From Azolla caroliniana (lineage: Eukaryota > Plantae > Polypodiophyta): a stretch of DNA of 64,000 nucleotides. The stretch is taken from NCBI GenBank assembly GCA_043228905.1, contig JBHGNT010000004.1, positions 10,230,001-10,294,000 on the forward strand, written 5' to 3'. The notes under the pieces are model-generated. The model saw nothing but the letters and a program-made list of their open reading frames with translations, made no database searches and was not told the origin of the DNA. Every line of letters begins with the position of its first letter. Position 1 is the stretch's first letter. This document shows positions 61,060-64,000 of the stretch, piece after piece. The position numbers and the translations under genes are program-made.

Positions 61060-64000
61060 GTAGATATATTGATCTTTGCTTCCATAATCCCCAAGGGCTC
61101 AAGAGTCGACTAAACCAGTAAAACAGATGGAAACTAACATCATCACGTTGCAGGAACACCACCTTGATAGTACCCATTTAAAGGAAGTCGGAGACCTTCT
61201 TTCAGGATTCTGGTGAACAATGTAGGAGCCAACAACAGGGGATGATGGAAATCATGGTGGTATTTGCGCTTTAATTCGGGAACATCTAGCCCAAGGCTTA
61301 ATATACCTAGAATCACTTATACTTGGTAGGGTGCATTTTTGCACGTTAGCCATCCAAGGGCAATGCTGGAATTTCATGAATGTTTACACTTCAAATAGTA
61401 GAACAAAAGGGAAACATTCTGGGAGCGTATCCGCCTACAAGTAGCGGGTGAGGAGTGGTGCATTGGAGGGGATTTTAATATGATCAAATCCCCTCACGAT
61501 AGCTCTAACAACAATCCCATAGTTCTCCAAGGAAGGGTACGTAAACAATGGGAGAAGTTATGTGTCCATCTTAACCTACGAGATATATGGCATGCAGACA
61601 ACTTCCAACGAAAGAGGGACTCTCTCTTATTTTCCTGATCAGATGAGTGGAATAGTGGACCCACCCTATCTCGCATCGACCGTATTTATATGTAGGCGAG
61701 GCCCTAGAAGCGGAGGATGGTGTCGCATAACTCCAAGCACAACTTTCTCCAACCACTACCCGGTAATCGGTTATTTTCAATTACACCGAAAGTGGGGCTC
61801 ATTCCAACCTCGAATCCCACACACTATTTACGCAGTTACAGAGGTGAAGGAACAATTCAGCCCCTAATGTTCATCACCCGTCAATGACTTATCATCATCC
61901 GACAAACTTCTAGTTAAACTAGCAAGAGATTCAAATCTATTACACGAGATCATCAAGACCAGATGTAAGGATGGTCATGAAAAGAGATAGAGAACAAAAC
62001 GGGGACTAATATCCTTACAACGACTCCAATAGAGATACCCATCATGTAGTTGGATTGCAGGCAGGTTGCTATGGCCAAACAAGAACTCACCATAGCTAAA
62101 AAGGCAATCTATGACATGGAGTTTCATGGAAGCATGGCTCGTTGGATTTGGGTAGGGGACAAAACCACGAAGGAATTCTTCTGATCCAAGGGACTGAGGC
62201 ATGCTAGAACAGTGATGCGCAACCTCAACTGAGAGGATGGAATGACCACTAAAGATGGCGAAGAAATGAGGAATATCGCCACAACCTATTATAAGCGACT
62301 ACTTTGCGAAGATAGTATGACCACATGGGAAAACAGAAGAGAAGATTTTATCCTCCAAAGCATACCCTAGAAAAGAACGGAAATAAATACATGGCTCCCG
62401 CGTCCCCTATCAATCATCGAAATATGGGAGGCACTCTCTTATTTGGATGCAGATAGCTGGCTTGGAATTAATGGCCTCACCCCTCACTTCTGGACAAGCT
62501 TTTAGGACACTATTAAAGAAGACCTCCTCCAGGCATATGAGGAGATCATCACCTCTGCAAACATGCCAGAAGAATTTGGACAGGGGATGATACATCTCAT
62601 TCCTAAATGTGGTGGGAGTGCCAACACCATTAGTAAGTGGTAGCCCATAACTCTTCTCAGTACTGTCAATAAGCTGCTCACAAAAATCGTAGCACGGTGC
62701 TTAGCACCACTTCCCCCTCAACTCATTCATTCGTCCTCGACAAGTTTTGTTAGAAATCGAAGCATCCTAAACAACCTTTTCTCATTCTAGGAAGCAATAG
62801 CCCTTGCCAAGCGTACCAACAACAAGGTCATTTTGGTGCTCCTAGATTTTGAGAAAGCATATGACAAGATATGTGTTTCTAGAAAGTGTGATGGGGAAAC
62901 TCAACTTTCGAGAGTCATGGATCAAAGGCACAACAAGACTTTATAGGAACGCCAACAGTTGCGTTTCAGTTGCATGTGAAAGGGGCCCCTTCTTCCGAAT
63001 ATCGCGAGATGTTCTCATCTTTATTTCATGCTCTTGTATTTCTTTTTTATTAATTCAATTTGATCTTGATAGAGTACGACAAGAATGCCCACTAGCTCCA
63101 TCCTTATTTCTATTATATGCCGAAGCACTCTCTAGCTTTCTCAACTCGTGGCATCTAAACCTATGTGGTATTCATGTGCTACACTCTCACCAAAGCCTCC
63201 TGGATATAGAATTTGTAGATGACACCACAATCTACTCGCAAGGGGACTTGGAAAAGCTACAGAAGCTAGAAAGTGGATTAGTCGTGTTTTGCAAGAGATC
63301 AAACATCATGATCAATTGGCACAAATCCTATGCAATATGGCTTTCTCATGAAGAACATCTTGCATGGCACCCACATCCCACTTTCAAGTGGATCAATCAA
63401 GGAGCAAGCACCAAATATTTGGGTTTCCAGTTTGGATTCAACATTACTCCGGAGACTATGATTGCACCAGTGATTCGCTCCATTCGCCAAAAGTTGATAC
63501 ATTGGAGGTCGAAAAAACTCTCACTAGCAGGTCGCATCATAGTGGCAAATTAGGTATTACTCGCAACAACATGGTACAACCTATCATGTTCAACAATATC
63601 CAAGGAAAGTATACATCAGATTCAGCGACTAGTACGCAACTACATTTGGTATGGCAAGGAAGATCATGCAGCTCGGGACAAGGTGGTGTGGCCTATACTC
63701 ACATTCCCCAAGTCGAGAGGGGGATTGGGTCTGATTGATTCCCTCTCACAATCCAAAGCCCTACTTGCCAAATTTGTGGCGCGACGACTCCAACCAGGGG
63801 ATGACTATTGGAAAATGCTATTGTGGTTACGCTTCGCTTGCTTTAGGCCACGAAAAAGGGCCAATTGGGCCCCCCAAACAGTATGGATTCTAAACATGGA
63901 TCTCAAACTGAGTTTCTCACACCAATTGGAGGATAGATTCAGTGCATCCATGTGGAAGGCGTGGAGTGACATTAGACGAGGGCTCAAGTGCGATCAACCT
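61060..64000 (+). mobile_element. Decayed L1-like LINE ORF2 (APE endonuclease and RT), running off the window
   Basis: ITLQEH, WCIGGDFN, SRIDRIY and SNHYPV (endonuclease); LIPK, LLDFEKAYD, VRQECPLAP, EFVDD, KYLG and LSLAGR (RT). Confidence 0.88.

Overview
Eukaryotic nuclear DNA from a land plant. A fern or other non-seed plant is inferred from the PPR style and the Tcn1-like chromoviruses. Host genes: an intronless PLS-class PPR gene (297-3221), an intronless pseudogene of mitochondrial-type ribosomal protein uL13 (33090-33665) and a spliced COMPASS-Shg1/BOD1-domain gene (53484 to ~59022). Most of the rest is nested transposons, and many boundaries can be fixed by target-site duplications (TSDs). 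These include four Tnt1/Tork-like Copia copies (one, 44662-50048, with an intact gag-pol ORF), two Copia elements of a second lineage, two chromodomain Gypsy elements, three solo LTRs and two decayed LINEs. Two signals are not visible in the ORF track. (1) The Gypsy at 36453-41740 has no tRNA primer site; a 12-nt sequence next to its 5' LTR is the exact reverse complement of the predicted first 12 nt of its own transcript, as in Tf1-type self-priming. (2) A 17.8-kb element at 35581-53371 has ~150-bp terminal inverted repeats and a near-perfect 9-bp TSD (Mutator-like). It carries a decayed C2H2-finger/Ulp1-like protease gene, contains three retrotransposons and ends 112 bp upstream of the Shg1-domain gene. 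All coordinates were read by eye and no database searches were run.
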